DNA from: a virus
Taxonomy: Duplodnaviria > Caudoviricetes
Length of the DNA stretch: 64,000 nt
IMG/VR virus record: IMGVR_UViG_3300020112_000604
Coordinates: 32,001 to 96,000 of that record
Direction: 5' to 3' (one strand)
The notes beneath the pieces were generated by a model. It ran no database searches and was not told where the DNA came from. It saw nothing but the letters and a program-made list of their open reading frames with translations. Numbering within the stretch: position 1 is the first letter of the stretch; every line of letters starts with the position of its first letter. Shown here piece after piece: positions 27,645 to 38,098 of this stretch. The position numbers and the translations under genes are program-made.

Positions 27645-28760
27645 TTATGCGAGAGCAGATTCAGCTTCGAATTCTACGAGGTTAGCAGCTTCGATATATG
27701 ACTCTTCACCGATAACACTGTAGAGGTTAGCGAAGTCGATAGCTTCTTCAACGAATTCGAATCCTTCGTTCTTAGCTGTCTCCTTAGCTTCCTTCTTGTC
27801 TGAGCCCTTAGCCTTGTAAGAAACTGCAGCCATGAATACCTTACGTCCCTGGATAGCAGCCTTCTTAGCAGCATTGATTCTTGCTGTTGTGAATGTGATA
27901 ACTTCTGACTGGAACTTAGAAGCAGCAGCAACTGCACAACCTGCAGCAGCTTCAGCCTTATCTCCAGCTTCCTTAGCCTGATCAGACATATTCTTTGATG
28001 TAGCCTTTGTTACAGACTTTTCGATTTCAGAAGCTTTCTTCTTAGCTGACTTAACGAGGTTGTTAGCAGCAGCTTCTGTTGTCTTGTTGTTCTTGATGAA
28101 TGCAGCGAGGAGGCTCTTTGAGAGTGATTCCTTAACCCATCCGTCAACTGTAGCTGTGATTTCAGCTTCTGCAGCAAAGCATGTATCGAAAGCTTCGTCA
28201 GCTGACTTGCCTTCCTTAGCTGAAATGTATGCTGATGGGAAGCACTTGCTTACCATTTCTGCAGCAACAGCGTCAGCTTCCTTACCGTCACAGTTACCGA
28301 TGATATCGAGTGTCCACTGAGCCGGAGCAACGCCTGACATGCTGAAGTACTTGTTTACATCAAATACTCTTGCCTTAACCTTGCAGCCTGAGAGATCCTT
28401 ACCGTTAAGAACCTTTGCATACTGTTTGTAAAGCTTATCACCGTCTGCGAAGAATGCTGTCATCTTTGCAGTAGCTGTAGCGATGATACCCTTGATCTTT
28501 GCAACGAGCTTTTCGAAAATCTTAACGATTGAATCCCAGATTCCCTTAACTGTAGCTTCGTTGATAGCTTCACGCTGTTCCCATTCTTCAGAAAGAACAG
28601 ACTGAATGTCGTTTGTGATTACGCTTACGAAAAGCGCCTGGTCATTTTCCTTAGCTTCATGAAGAGCTCTAGCGCATCCTGAGATGCCACCGTAACTCAT
28701 ATCAGCTTCGATGTCGCTTGCTTCGAGAGCAACGCATCTATTGTTACCAAAAATAGCCAT
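27645..28760 (-). CDS. Probable abundant internal head protein, 371 aa
   Basis: Start moved to ATG 28760 (MAIFGNN, RBS AAAGGAGG); INEA followed by GIWDSIVKIFEKLVAKIK. Confidence 0.65.
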   Translation of the reverse strand: MAIFGNNRCVALEASDIEADMSYGGISGCARALHEAKENDQALFVSVITNDIQSVLSEEWEQREAINEATVKGIWDSIVKIFEKLVAKIKGIIATATAKMTAFFADGDKLYKQYAKVLNGKDLSGCKVKARVFDVNKYFSMSGVAPAQWTLDIIGNCDGKEADAVAAEMVSKCFPSAYISAKEGKSADEAFDTCFAAEAEITATVDGWVKESLSKSLLAAFIKNNKTTEAAANNLVKSAKKKASEIEKSVTKATSKNMSDQAKEAGDKAEAAAGCAVAAASKFQSEVITFTTARINAAKKAAIQGRKVFMAAVSYKAKGSDKKEAKETAKNEGFEFVEEAIDFANLYSVIGEESYIEAANLVEFEAESALA

Positions 28761-28833
28761 AATTAGAATTCCTCCTTTAATAAGTATATATTCCATTTCG
28801 AAATGTAATATACCCTGAGGTGAGCTCAGGATT

Positions 28834-28845
28834 TATCATAATGTT
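28834..28845 (-). promoter_or_regulatory. Late-type promoter AACA-TTATGA-TA
   Basis: Exact motif, intergenic. Confidence 0.7.
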
Positions 28846-28865
28846 CTTGAAATACATACTATATG

Positions 28866-30209
28866 TTAAAATAATGCTGATGTAATTGCGTCAGGAGCGG
28901 TTGAAACGACGTCGTCTGCCTTAAGTTTCTTGCGTTCACTTACGAGTGCGTTCGATGCCTGACGTTCTGCTGACTTGTTATCAACAGCAATCTTTTCTGA
29001 TATTGTACGGAACTTAGCTGCCACAGCAACCTGCTTTTCAGCAACCTTCTTAGCGTCCTGCCCAGTCTTTACAAGACCGCTACCAGATTCGATATTGTAT
29101 GCGTTAAGTTCAAGAATATTACTCTGAGCCTCGAAGTAATCTGAAACCTTAACTCTTGAATAGTAATAAAGGAATACGAGTTCCTTAATACATGGAATGA
29201 TAGCAAGAATTGCCACGATAGCTCCGATAGGTGCCAGAGCTACAAGTGAGCCAGAGAAGTTCTTAACGTTTTCTCTGAGGCATGCTTCGATACACTTATC
29301 AACAGCTCCCTTATCACAAGCAGCGTTGAATTTTTCAAGTGATTCGAATACCATGTGATCTTTTGACTTATTGAGAGCACCTCTGTCGACAACGATATCA
29401 AACTTATCAGCTGTTGGACTCTTAATAAAGTCGATGCACATTGAAAGCATGTATGTAGTAGACTGAATTAATGCCAGAACGATTGTGTTGTAGATTACCA
29501 TTGGGAATTCAATGTTGAGGTTATAAGAACGAACCCAAGATTTTGTTCTTGATTCGATATTGTTCATAGCCTTAACAAGAGTTGTAATCTGTGACGAACC
29601 TTCGTTGTAGTGCTTAAGTACTTCTGTCATAAGCTGAATGCAATCCTTAAGTGAACCGTAGTTCGGAAGCTTTGTGATATCGCCGCGTGTTCTCGGAATT
29701 TCACCAAAGTCGATGTCATCGATTCTGTCGATGATTGTTTCGTACAGTCTTGATGTAAGACTGATACCCATTCTATCCTGTTCAGCTTCGTTCATAGCAA
29801 ACAGAACCTTTCGAGTTGTGTTGTCTTCAAGGTCCATGTATTCATAAATCATTTCATTGAATTCCGGAGTTCTCTCGATTCCTGAAAGGTCGAGCTGACT
29901 GTATGCGGATTCGTTAATCTTGAAGATTGATTTGTTCTTCTGAGCCTCGGTTTCATCAGCCTTAGCTTTCTTAACGATTGTAGGATCAGCACTGAAGTCC
30001 TTAGAGTTGTTAACTTCCGGCTTAATTGAATCGTATGAATAATCATCAAGTAATTTCTTTGTGCCGGTCTTACCAGCATCAGCATCCTTGACGTGTTCAA
30101 GTTCTTTATTTGTGTACTTGTTACCAGCCTTTTCTAATTCGTTAGCACCGAAACCAGAAAGACTGATTCCTTCATTAATAGCTGAGCCTGTCTTATTGCT
30201 ATATATCAT
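28866..30209 (-). CDS. Probable virion protein, 447 aa, one hydrophobic segment
   Basis: INEG/INES/MNEA sites, late operon, LVALAPIGAIVAILAIIP segment. Confidence 0.6.
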   Translation of the reverse strand: MIYSNKTGSAINEGISLSGFGANELEKAGNKYTNKELEHVKDADAGKTGTKKLLDDYSYDSIKPEVNNSKDFSADPTIVKKAKADETEAQKNKSIFKINESAYSQLDLSGIERTPEFNEMIYEYMDLEDNTTRKVLFAMNEAEQDRMGISLTSRLYETIIDRIDDIDFGEIPRTRGDITKLPNYGSLKDCIQLMTEVLKHYNEGSSQITTLVKAMNNIESRTKSWVRSYNLNIEFPMVIYNTIVLALIQSTTYMLSMCIDFIKSPTADKFDIVVDRGALNKSKDHMVFESLEKFNAACDKGAVDKCIEACLRENVKNFSGSLVALAPIGAIVAILAIIPCIKELVFLYYYSRVKVSDYFEAQSNILELNAYNIESGSGLVKTGQDAKKVAEKQVAVAAKFRTISEKIAVDNKSAERQASNALVSERKKLKADDVVSTAPDAITSALF

Positions 30210-30226
30210 AATTCATTCACCTCCAA

Positions 30227-31582
30227 TTATCTCATCTTTGACATGAGGTTAACGATCTTCTTGTATGAATCATCCTTTGATTCTCTTTCGAGTCCGCGGA
30301 ATGACATGGATTCGAATCCGTCATCTGTGCCTGTGTCGTAGAGGAACTGAGCGATTTCCATAGACTCATCAACAACGGCAATACACATAAGGTTAAAGCT
30401 TTCAAGAAGCAGCCTTGCTGTGTTTGTTTTCATGATATTGATATTAGCCTGTTTCTGAATGTCTTCAACAACGTTGCTTGAAAGTACAAGAGTTGTGATA
30501 GCAGTACAGTCATTAGCTTTACGCATTAAACGCTTAGCCTTAGACTTAGCAGCACGTCTTTCAAGAACCTTCCACATCTTGTTTGACTTACCCATAGAAC
30601 CGAAGCTCTTAGCATCGATCTTAGCCTTGTCAATAGCAAGAACGAAATCCTTCATGAATGAGATTTCCGAAGTTGTAGCCTTTACGAGATTGATGAGCCA
30701 GTTCTTATCCTGAGCCTTAGATACAAGATGGTTGATTACATCCATGTATTCTACCGGATAGAGTTTGCACTTAACGCCGATAACAGCTGTTCTTGTGCAT
30801 ACTGGGTCGCCAGAAGCTGATGTCTGAACAAAGTTTACAGTCATCATTGTAGGCATGAGTTCGTTTGCCTTCTTAATATCAGAAGGGAGAATAAGTTCCT
30901 TTGGAACTTCGACTCTCATATTGAGAGGTGTCTTTTTATATTCTCTGTATTCTTCTGAATCCTTGTCAACTGGACGTGGAATTGTGTTTGGAGCGATAGG
31001 ATCGTTCCATGTACCGGCAGCTTCTGAAACAGTTGTACCAGCCCAAGTATTTTCAACAATGAAATCCTTGAGAGCACGTCTATTTTCTTCAGAAGCAAGA
31101 ACTGAAGATGAAAGCGATTCACAGAGAGCTTTCTGCATAGCATACTGAAGACCAGCATCCTCAAGGTCTACTCCCTTATAGTCTTCGCCAACAATTCTAT
31201 CAGCAACGCCGATATAATCGTCAAGAGACATATCGAGTCTTGATGTGTTGTTATGGAACTGACCAAGGAATCCCATAACGTTTCCATCTGAAGCAGCATT
31301 ATAGTCTCTTACAGAGAAGAGCATCTGCAGCATTGAAGCACATTTCTTTTCCTGTGCACTCATGATCATCGTAGCCGTGTTAATGCTAATGTCTGATGAA
31401 ACAAGGATAGGGAATGTAAGAATAAGGTCCTTTGTAGCTGAAGAGATAGACTTCATATAAGATGAACTACCACCAGCAGTTACATTCCAGCCTTTGTCTT
31501 TGAGATCTTTAACGTCATCGATGATATCGAAAATATCAGCAAGAATACTTTCGTGGATAACGTCGTAATTTATTTCGTTCAT
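30227..31582 (-). CDS. Probable virion protein, 451 aa
   Basis: First gene after a late motif; IHES site near the N-terminus. Confidence 0.6.
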   Translation of the reverse strand: MNEINYDVIHESILADIFDIIDDVKDLKDKGWNVTAGGSSSYMKSISSATKDLILTFPILVSSDISINTATMIMSAQEKKCASMLQMLFSVRDYNAASDGNVMGFLGQFHNNTSRLDMSLDDYIGVADRIVGEDYKGVDLEDAGLQYAMQKALCESLSSSVLASEENRRALKDFIVENTWAGTTVSEAAGTWNDPIAPNTIPRPVDKDSEEYREYKKTPLNMRVEVPKELILPSDIKKANELMPTMMTVNFVQTSASGDPVCTRTAVIGVKCKLYPVEYMDVINHLVSKAQDKNWLINLVKATTSEISFMKDFVLAIDKAKIDAKSFGSMGKSNKMWKVLERRAAKSKAKRLMRKANDCTAITTLVLSSNVVEDIQKQANINIMKTNTARLLLESFNLMCIAVVDESMEIAQFLYDTGTDDGFESMSFRGLERESKDDSYKKIVNLMSKMR

Positions 31583-31609
31583 AGACTTACCTCCTTATGA
31601 AATTATCAT

Positions 31610-31621
31610 TATAGATATGTT
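31610..31621 (-). promoter_or_regulatory. Late-type promoter AACA-TATCTA-TA
   Basis: Exact motif directly after a terminator. Confidence 0.7.
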
Positions 31622-31626
31622 TTCAG

Positions 31627-31660
31627 AAAAAAATAAAAGGGCTCTTTTTAAGAGCCCTTT
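31627..31660 (-). terminator. Intrinsic terminator
   Basis: AAAGGGCTCTT/AAGAGCCCTTT stem plus T tract. Confidence 0.85.
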
Positions 31661-31668
31661 CGAGGGGA

Positions 31669-32556
31669 TTAGTATGCGTAGAAAAGGTTTTCGCCGATTG
31701 CCGGTGTATAAGTAATTTTTCTTACGAGTCTTGGGAACTGTGTTTCCGCTCTGAGTTCAGGCTGTGGCAGAACCTTGTATGCAGTATGGTTCCAAAGGTC
31801 GACTTCGCCATTCAGCAAGAAGCAGCGGTGTGACATTTCCATTGAAAGATAACCTTCGATTATAGCATCATAGCATATTTCCGTAGGAGTTGTACCAGTA
31901 CGCTGCATAAAGCATGTACAATTGTTCAGGTCGTAATCCACGATAGCACCAGCAATGTAAATCGGCATATAATCGTGGAATTTACCTGTTAAGAATTCTT
32001 CGTTTAATGGACGTTCATTAGCATTGTATGGCTTCATAAGCAATGGCTTATTGAAGTCAACCGGTTTTGGTGGTTCATTAGATTTGAGACGATGCCAAGT
32101 CTCAGCAACCTTATACGCAATACGCTTAATATTGACCGGAAGATTGAGCTTGAATCCGAAGCTGAATATATCAGCATTTCTTGCTTCATCTGTGATTGAG
32201 AATGACTTAGACACATTTGCATACATATATTCAGTATATACTGCAAGGTCCACGCCGAATAAACCTTCTTCGGCTTTACGTTCTTCGAATACCTCTTTGT
32301 CCAGCTGGAATATATAATTCCAACCCATTGTTTCAACGAGCAGTTCGAACACCTTTGGTGTCGATGTGTTCCACATTGTCTTGAGATGTCCTACAGGTTC
32401 TTCAAAGTAATCTCTTGGATATCCGAAGAGACTTCTGTACTTCTTGTAGGCAATTGCGAGTCTTTCGATAAGCAGTTCATAGTCGGCTATTCCGGTCCAG
32501 AGTACTACTACTCTAGAATAGTCGGCTATCATTTCGTTTCTTGTTAATTCGATCAT
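31669..32556 (-). CDS. Hypothetical protein, 295 aa (monocistronic early-type cassette)
   Basis: RBS AAAGGAAGGT; early-type motif upstream, terminator downstream. Confidence 0.8.
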   Translation of the reverse strand: MIELTRNEMIADYSRVVVLWTGIADYELLIERLAIAYKKYRSLFGYPRDYFEEPVGHLKTMWNTSTPKVFELLVETMGWNYIFQLDKEVFEERKAEEGLFGVDLAVYTEYMYANVSKSFSITDEARNADIFSFGFKLNLPVNIKRIAYKVAETWHRLKSNEPPKPVDFNKPLLMKPYNANERPLNEEFLTGKFHDYMPIYIAGAIVDYDLNNCTCFMQRTGTTPTEICYDAIIEGYLSMEMSHRCFLLNGEVDLWNHTAYKVLPQPELRAETQFPRLVRKITYTPAIGENLFYAY

Positions 32557-32610
32557 GGTTTGTACCTTCCTTTCTATAATGACGGATGTCGTTTACACCC
32601 GTTCATCGTT

Positions 32611-32620
32611 ATAATATATA
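32611..32620 (-). promoter_or_regulatory. Putative early-type promoter TATATATTAT
   Basis: Same 10-mer as 14838-14847. Confidence 0.55.
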
Positions 32621-32652
32621 AATAAAAAGTTGATTGAATATGTAATCAGGTT

Positions 32653-32665
32653 AACATTTTGAGTA
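32653..32665 (+). promoter_or_regulatory. Late-type promoter with one extra T (AACA-TTTTGAG-TA)
   Basis: Differs from AACATTTGAGTA (4929, 43875) only by one additional T. Confidence 0.55.
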
Positions 32666-32686
32666 ATAACGGAGGGAGTGAATACT

Positions 32687-33733
32687 ATGAGTGATATACA
32701 AACAACAACCTCTTCTATGATGAAATTTGCATCCGGAAGAGAATCTTTTTCTGGTTCAGTTAGTGATTTAAGTGCACCCGGAGAACGTTCATCCAGGTTC
32801 AGTGAGTTTACTAACAATGCCATCAAAACCGAAAATATATTAACAGCTGACGACTTACATAAAGTAAGATTCAACCGTTTTGCTAAGGTGCCGATACTCG
32901 ACCCTTGGAATCAGGCTGATATGACAAGAGACTACGTGTTCTTCACGAAGCCTGACTTGAATATATTTGCCAGTTCGGGATTTATCAATCCGGTATTATC
33001 AAATACAGATTACTTCCCGGATATGATGGAAACTCATCCTAATTCTCTGAAAGCTTTACAACAGACTTACATATCTGAAGACAACCCATACAACTACTTA
33101 CTGTCAAACTACGTTTCAGCACCAATAGATTTTCCAGGTAAATCATCAGAGACCACACAGGGCAACCAGAACTTATACGGAATAAACACATTTTATCAGG
33201 ACAACAACCGTTCTAATGAATATGGATTCGACTTCAGTGTTGAATTCACTGATACAATGTATCATGACGTTTATACGTTCTTTGAAGCATATCAGGAGTA
33301 TCGTAACTTACAGTACGAGATAGATTTATTCCCTCCAAAGGGAGAATATGCTAGAAGTAAGATACGCTACAAATCATTCTCTGTATACAAGATAACGGTT
33401 GACTCGGTCAACCGTATTTTATTCTACGGTAAGCACATTGGAATTGAACCGCTTAATACTGCGACAGATACAATAGATAGCGTGGCTAGTGGTGAAGTTC
33501 CAAGATTTACTATAAGCTTCAAGGCTTTTCATTCTGTGGTTAATAAGCCATGGATTCTTCAGGAGATTAATACAATTGCAACCAGAGCTGGATTTAGCGA
33601 CGGTAAAATATTGAACGAGTACGACAAGTCAACCGGCACCGCTAACAGAGAATGGCCGGCTGTACCAGTTATCTCCGCAGCAACCGGACAGGACGGAAGA
33701 AAAATATACTTATTGAAATGGGGGCGCATCTAA
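32687..33733 (+). CDS. Baseplate / tail-tube-initiator-like virion protein, 348 aa
   Basis: YVFFTKPDLN motif and tube-like layout (FSVEFTD ... FTISF); coupled to the wedge gene. Start at ATG 32687. Confidence 0.55.
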   Translation: MSDIQTTTSSMMKFASGRESFSGSVSDLSAPGERSSRFSEFTNNAIKTENILTADDLHKVRFNRFAKVPILDPWNQADMTRDYVFFTKPDLNIFASSGFINPVLSNTDYFPDMMETHPNSLKALQQTYISEDNPYNYLLSNYVSAPIDFPGKSSETTQGNQNLYGINTFYQDNNRSNEYGFDFSVEFTDTMYHDVYTFFEAYQEYRNLQYEIDLFPPKGEYARSKIRYKSFSVYKITVDSVNRILFYGKHIGIEPLNTATDTIDSVASGEVPRFTISFKAFHSVVNKPWILQEINTIATRAGFSDGKILNEYDKSTGTANREWPAVPVISAATGQDGRKIYLLKWGRI

Positions 33734-36700
33734 TGCTAAACAATGGAAATCTTATATCATCAGATATCTATGATTTAACCGAATTCGTTAAGCAGTTAAA
33801 GAAGAAATACATCCCGTTACAGGATGAAGATACTCTTTACATATCCACATTCGGTTATATTGGCGATATCGCTGCGAACTTAATGCAGAATTCTGTAATA
33901 GCTGCATCTGAATACAGTAACGAAGCTATTCCAACTCGTGCAAAGTTTGACCGTAATGTAATTATTCATGCAATGACATTAGGAATTGATAAGGTTCATG
34001 CTACACCAGCAACAATGCCGATAGTTCTGTGTATTCCTGAATCTTGTGTAGTTCAGAATCTTGGTAATAACAAAACTGGCGAACGTCAGGAAGGTGTGTT
34101 CACAATAGACCACACTATCCCGTTCACTATTGAAGGTGTCGAATTCCATCTGGATTATGATATCAATATCACCAGATACAAAAAGGAATACAAACCTACA
34201 CCAACTACAGGAGACCCAGACAATCTCACATCTGTAATTTATACAGCAAGATATGATATGTCTGTACCAAATCCGGTATCAGACATTGATAACGAAATAC
34301 TTCCTACTGTCGGTGTATTCAGATATGCAGATATCTTCCAGAACTCTCTGGCAAAGGCGGATAACGTTCTTGTTATCTATACTAAGCTCAGTCAGGTTAT
34401 GTATCATGAAGAAGAAGTTGTCGTTTCATCCGATAATGACTTACTTAATAAAACAATCAGCTTCCAGTTCAGTGACCAGTTAGCATACTTCGACGTTGCT
34501 GTATACGAGGCTAATGCAGATACGCCTAGAGTTCTTACACCAATATATGACGGATTATACAAGGATGGAGTAACTAACTACTGTTACTACAGTTATATGA
34601 ATTCTAATAGTATTCGTATACGCTTCGACAGAGATGTATATCAGCCTAGAATGAATTCTAGAGTTGTTGTTCGTATATACACAACACTTGGCTCCGGCGG
34701 TAACTTCAAATACTCCGAAAACGTAAGACTCCAGTTCCCGTCAACCTCTAAAGCAGATTACAACAGCGTGTTCGCTTTAATCCAGCAGAGAGGTGATGGC
34801 GCAACCGATGGTCTTGATAGAGCGTCTACAAAGCAGCTTCAGGAAATCATTCCTAAGGAAATGCTTTCACGAGGATTTATTACAACTAACACAGACTTAC
34901 AGAATTATTTCAATTCTTTAAGTACTGAAAACAGTATTGTCTATGTATTCAGAAAGGAAGACTCATTCCTTAAACGTACATATTATTCATATTCACTTAT
35001 GAAAGACAACGAAGGTAATATTATTCCAACAAACACAATCCCGATAGAAATTGAGGGACAGGATGTGAACTCAATAGACGTTTCGTCAATCGGATTTCTT
35101 GAAGCTGGTACCGCAGTATTCTTACCTGTGACACCGTCCACCACAGACCAGCCGGTTGTTGCATTACCAGTCAATATGAAGAATGCAATGTTTAATCTTC
35201 CTGAATATGACGAGAATGCCCGAATCACAGGTCAGATTCTGTTCAGTGATGCAAACTTTAACACATTCGCATCAAGGTCTATGGCCACTGTTGGTAATTC
35301 TGTTGTATTAAGAACTATAATCAACCACGACTACGAATTATACGAACGTGGTGAACACGAACGCATGCCGTCACATCCTATTCCGTTAAACGGTCAGGTT
35401 AATAAGTCCGACTTCACTAAGGCTTGGAACGCTAACAGTTCATTCATATATACAGTCCCATATTCAATCGTTGTATCTCAGCCTAGAGGTACATTAGGTA
35501 TGGTTCGTCCAAGATGTAGCTTTATTGTCGACACTATCGACGAAAACAAGTTTACCACATTTGAATGGATTAACGAAAAGTCAACTGTTCAGTTTATTGC
35601 TTCTAACGTAAGAGTATCAAGACCATCATTCATGTGCCATGACAGATACGTTTATTATCTTGATATTGACCTTACACCTAACCAGAACAAAGCCAATATT
35701 GACATCAACAAGATTCAGACTACAGCTGTATTCAAGATTGACGGGGAAGCTAAGGGATACGTTACCGGCTATCACATTGCCGACCTCGATGACGAAGAAT
35801 CAATACATTTCAGATTCCGTTTTGAAACTGAACCTCTTGCCACTGCATGGTATGAGAACAAGTTAAGAGTTTCAAATATCTATACACCAGGTTATACTGA
35901 TAAGAGTATTGACCCAGTAAAACTCTTCCCGGAAAAGATTGACGTTGATATCTTCACTATGTATCACTATGCTGCAGAAAGACCTTGTAAGTCAATTGGT
36001 GAATCATTCGGTGGTGGAGATCTTGAAGCCGGCGAAATTGCTATGTATCAGCCGGTTACATTTGCATATCCATTCCAGCTTAGAGATACTGACCGTGTTG
36101 GTCCTGAAGGCAAAGAATACATGAAGTACTTTGCTAAGGAAAATGACACTGACCCGTTCACCAATCCGCATCCAATCTACACAGAATATGCTACATATAA
36201 GAAGTATGCAGACTTTATTGAGGACAATCCGAGATGTGTATACGCTATGGGTAACATGGTACTCACAAATAAATACTCTATCACTAGCGGAATTAATCTG
36301 TATTATAACTATTCAGATTATATGGATTCCCATGTATCTGTATCAGAAGCCCCAGCACTTGGTCATTCATACGACTTCACACTGAATCGTATTCCAGTAA
36401 TCAGAATGGAATATCTTGAATCTGAAGAACGTGTACAGTTTACCATGAATGAATTACGTAAGGCTATGATTTATGTATCAAACAGCGTAGGAAAACTCGA
36501 AACACTCTTCGGTATAGACTTCAAGCTGTTTAACACATATGGACCATCTAAGACATACAGCATAGAAGACTCTAACGGTTCACTCTATCCGCTCAATCAG
36601 GTTAACCTTACACTCAACTTCAGAGCACAGCTTTACACCGATGCAGATAAGAATATCATTGCACAGATTAAGTCTGACATCAAGTCTTACATTGAAGACA

Positions 36701-36945
36701 TCAAGGAGATTAAGAATATCCATATGCCAAATCTTATTTCAGAGATTACTAAGAAGTATGGTGGATATCTTGTATACTTCGAATTCGTTGGCTTCCAGAA
36801 TGAAATCGGAAAGTACAATGCGTTGTATCAGCATATCATCACAAACAAGGATATGGAACAGCTTAAGGAAGTTCCGGAGTTCTTAAATATCAATTTCAAC
36901 ACATTGTCATCAGCCCCAGACATCAACATTGATATAATTGTATAA
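33733..36945 (+). CDS. Baseplate wedge protein (T4 gp6-like), 1070 aa
   Basis: SNEAIPTRA, IYTTLGSGGN, GATDGLD ... SRGFITTNTDL blocks typical of gp6/baseplate-J proteins; TAATG overlap with the upstream stop. Confidence 0.75.
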   Translation: MLNNGNLISSDIYDLTEFVKQLKKKYIPLQDEDTLYISTFGYIGDIAANLMQNSVIAASEYSNEAIPTRAKFDRNVIIHAMTLGIDKVHATPATMPIVLCIPESCVVQNLGNNKTGERQEGVFTIDHTIPFTIEGVEFHLDYDINITRYKKEYKPTPTTGDPDNLTSVIYTARYDMSVPNPVSDIDNEILPTVGVFRYADIFQNSLAKADNVLVIYTKLSQVMYHEEEVVVSSDNDLLNKTISFQFSDQLAYFDVAVYEANADTPRVLTPIYDGLYKDGVTNYCYYSYMNSNSIRIRFDRDVYQPRMNSRVVVRIYTTLGSGGNFKYSENVRLQFPSTSKADYNSVFALIQQRGDGATDGLDRASTKQLQEIIPKEMLSRGFITTNTDLQNYFNSLSTENSIVYVFRKEDSFLKRTYYSYSLMKDNEGNIIPTNTIPIEIEGQDVNSIDVSSIGFLEAGTAVFLPVTPSTTDQPVVALPVNMKNAMFNLPEYDENARITGQILFSDANFNTFASRSMATVGNSVVLRTIINHDYELYERGEHERMPSHPIPLNGQVNKSDFTKAWNANSSFIYTVPYSIVVSQPRGTLGMVRPRCSFIVDTIDENKFTTFEWINEKSTVQFIASNVRVSRPSFMCHDRYVYYLDIDLTPNQNKANIDINKIQTTAVFKIDGEAKGYVTGYHIADLDDEESIHFRFRFETEPLATAWYENKLRVSNIYTPGYTDKSIDPVKLFPEKIDVDIFTMYHYAAERPCKSIGESFGGGDLEAGEIAMYQPVTFAYPFQLRDTDRVGPEGKEYMKYFAKENDTDPFTNPHPIYTEYATYKKYADFIEDNPRCVYAMGNMVLTNKYSITSGINLYYNYSDYMDSHVSVSEAPALGHSYDFTLNRIPVIRMEYLESEERVQFTMNELRKAMIYVSNSVGKLETLFGIDFKLFNTYGPSKTYSIEDSNGSLYPLNQVNLTLNFRAQLYTDADKNIIAQIKSDIKSYIEDIKEIKNIHMPNLISEITKKYGGYLVYFEFVGFQNEIGKYNALYQHIITNKDMEQLKEVPEFLNINFNTLSSAPDINIDIIV
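36925..36936 (+). promoter_or_regulatory. Late-type promoter AACA-TTGATA-TA
   Basis: Exact motif 24 nt before the 36960 start. Confidence 0.55.
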
Positions 36946-36959
36946 AAGGAGGTAGTATC

Positions 36960-38051
36960 ATGTACGAACCACTCGAATCTTATAGACAGTATAGAGAATA
37001 TCAGGATCAGCGTGATGCAGAATATGCCGAAAACCAGCAGGCTATCGGGGAAGCAGTCACTACTGAAAGATACGCAGCTTTAAGTGAAGCTTACCATTCA
37101 CCAGTCGCTACAAAGACAACTTTAAGAGCTCAGGTTGGTAAGTTCAGAAACGACGTTTATAAGTCTCTCGTTGCAGAGGCTGTATCTATTGTCGCTTCAT
37201 GTGCCGTTAAGGCGGTTAAGGATTCAGACGCATTTGACTACTCAAGAGAATCAGCTATCCTCGGACAGCTTGCAAAGTCATGGGTAGAAGAACAGTCTAT
37301 GTATGACGTTCAGTCAAAGATGAATTCTACAGTTATCCTTTCGTCATTTGATTGTGCTTGTAAGAAGTACACAGATATCATTGTAGAAAAGGCTACACAG
37401 AAGATTGACAAGGGTTCCGAGGACAAGAATTACATATTCGAAATCGAAGATGATGACCGTGAAAACTTCTACAAAGAACTTGACGCAGTCAATGCAGATG
37501 AACTCGTTTACACAATCCGTAATAGAGTATCAGACGCTTCACAGAGCTTCCTTAACGACTATGTAAAGGATAAGCTCGAAATCAAATCAATCATGCAGGA
37601 CACTAAGAATACCGTTGACGCTCTTAAGTCAACACTTCCTGGTGCTACACCAACAAATGATGCTATGGATGACGGTATCCCATCTGCATCAGAATATGAC
37701 CCATATACGTTCCACAATCCGGAAGAAGAAACTCCGGCTGTAGAAACACCTACAACAGAAAGCGTTGAAGAGTCATATATGAATATTGCAAAACGCAAGA
37801 TTCATAAGATTATGAACAAGCCTTGTATGTCAGTATACGAAGCTATGGTTCTCAATCTTTCAACCGCAGCTTATAAGAACAAAGCTCTCACTGAAGAATT
37901 CGTTACAGAAAACGCTAAGCTCGACACTGATGCGGTAAGAACACGTGCCGGTGTTATGTACACATGGCTCGAAACACTCAACACATCAGGACTCGAAAAC
38001 GTTACTGAAGAATATCTCAAGAATACTCTTGAAGAAATTAAGAATCTTTGA
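36960..38051 (+). CDS. Probable virion protein, 363 aa
   Basis: RBS AAAGGAGGT; late motif; multiple xxE-A/S sites. Confidence 0.65.
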   Translation: MYEPLESYRQYREYQDQRDAEYAENQQAIGEAVTTERYAALSEAYHSPVATKTTLRAQVGKFRNDVYKSLVAEAVSIVASCAVKAVKDSDAFDYSRESAILGQLAKSWVEEQSMYDVQSKMNSTVILSSFDCACKKYTDIIVEKATQKIDKGSEDKNYIFEIEDDDRENFYKELDAVNADELVYTIRNRVSDASQSFLNDYVKDKLEIKSIMQDTKNTVDALKSTLPGATPTNDAMDDGIPSASEYDPYTFHNPEEETPAVETPTTESVEESYMNIAKRKIHKIMNKPCMSVYEAMVLNLSTAAYKNKALTEEFVTENAKLDTDAVRTRAGVMYTWLETLNTSGLENVTEEYLKNTLEEIKNL

Positions 38052-38053
38052 TC

Positions 38054-38092
38054 AAAAAATCCCCGTACTCTATGAGAGTACGGGGAATATTA
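38054..38092. terminator. Terminator between convergent genes
   Basis: TCCCCGTACTCT/AGAGTACGGGGA 12-bp stem with an A tract on the left. Confidence 0.85.
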
Positions 38093-38098
38093 TGTGTT

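Noticed and set aside
28866-31582. Major capsid protein call
   Set aside because: No recognisable HK97-fold signature; left as probable virion proteins.
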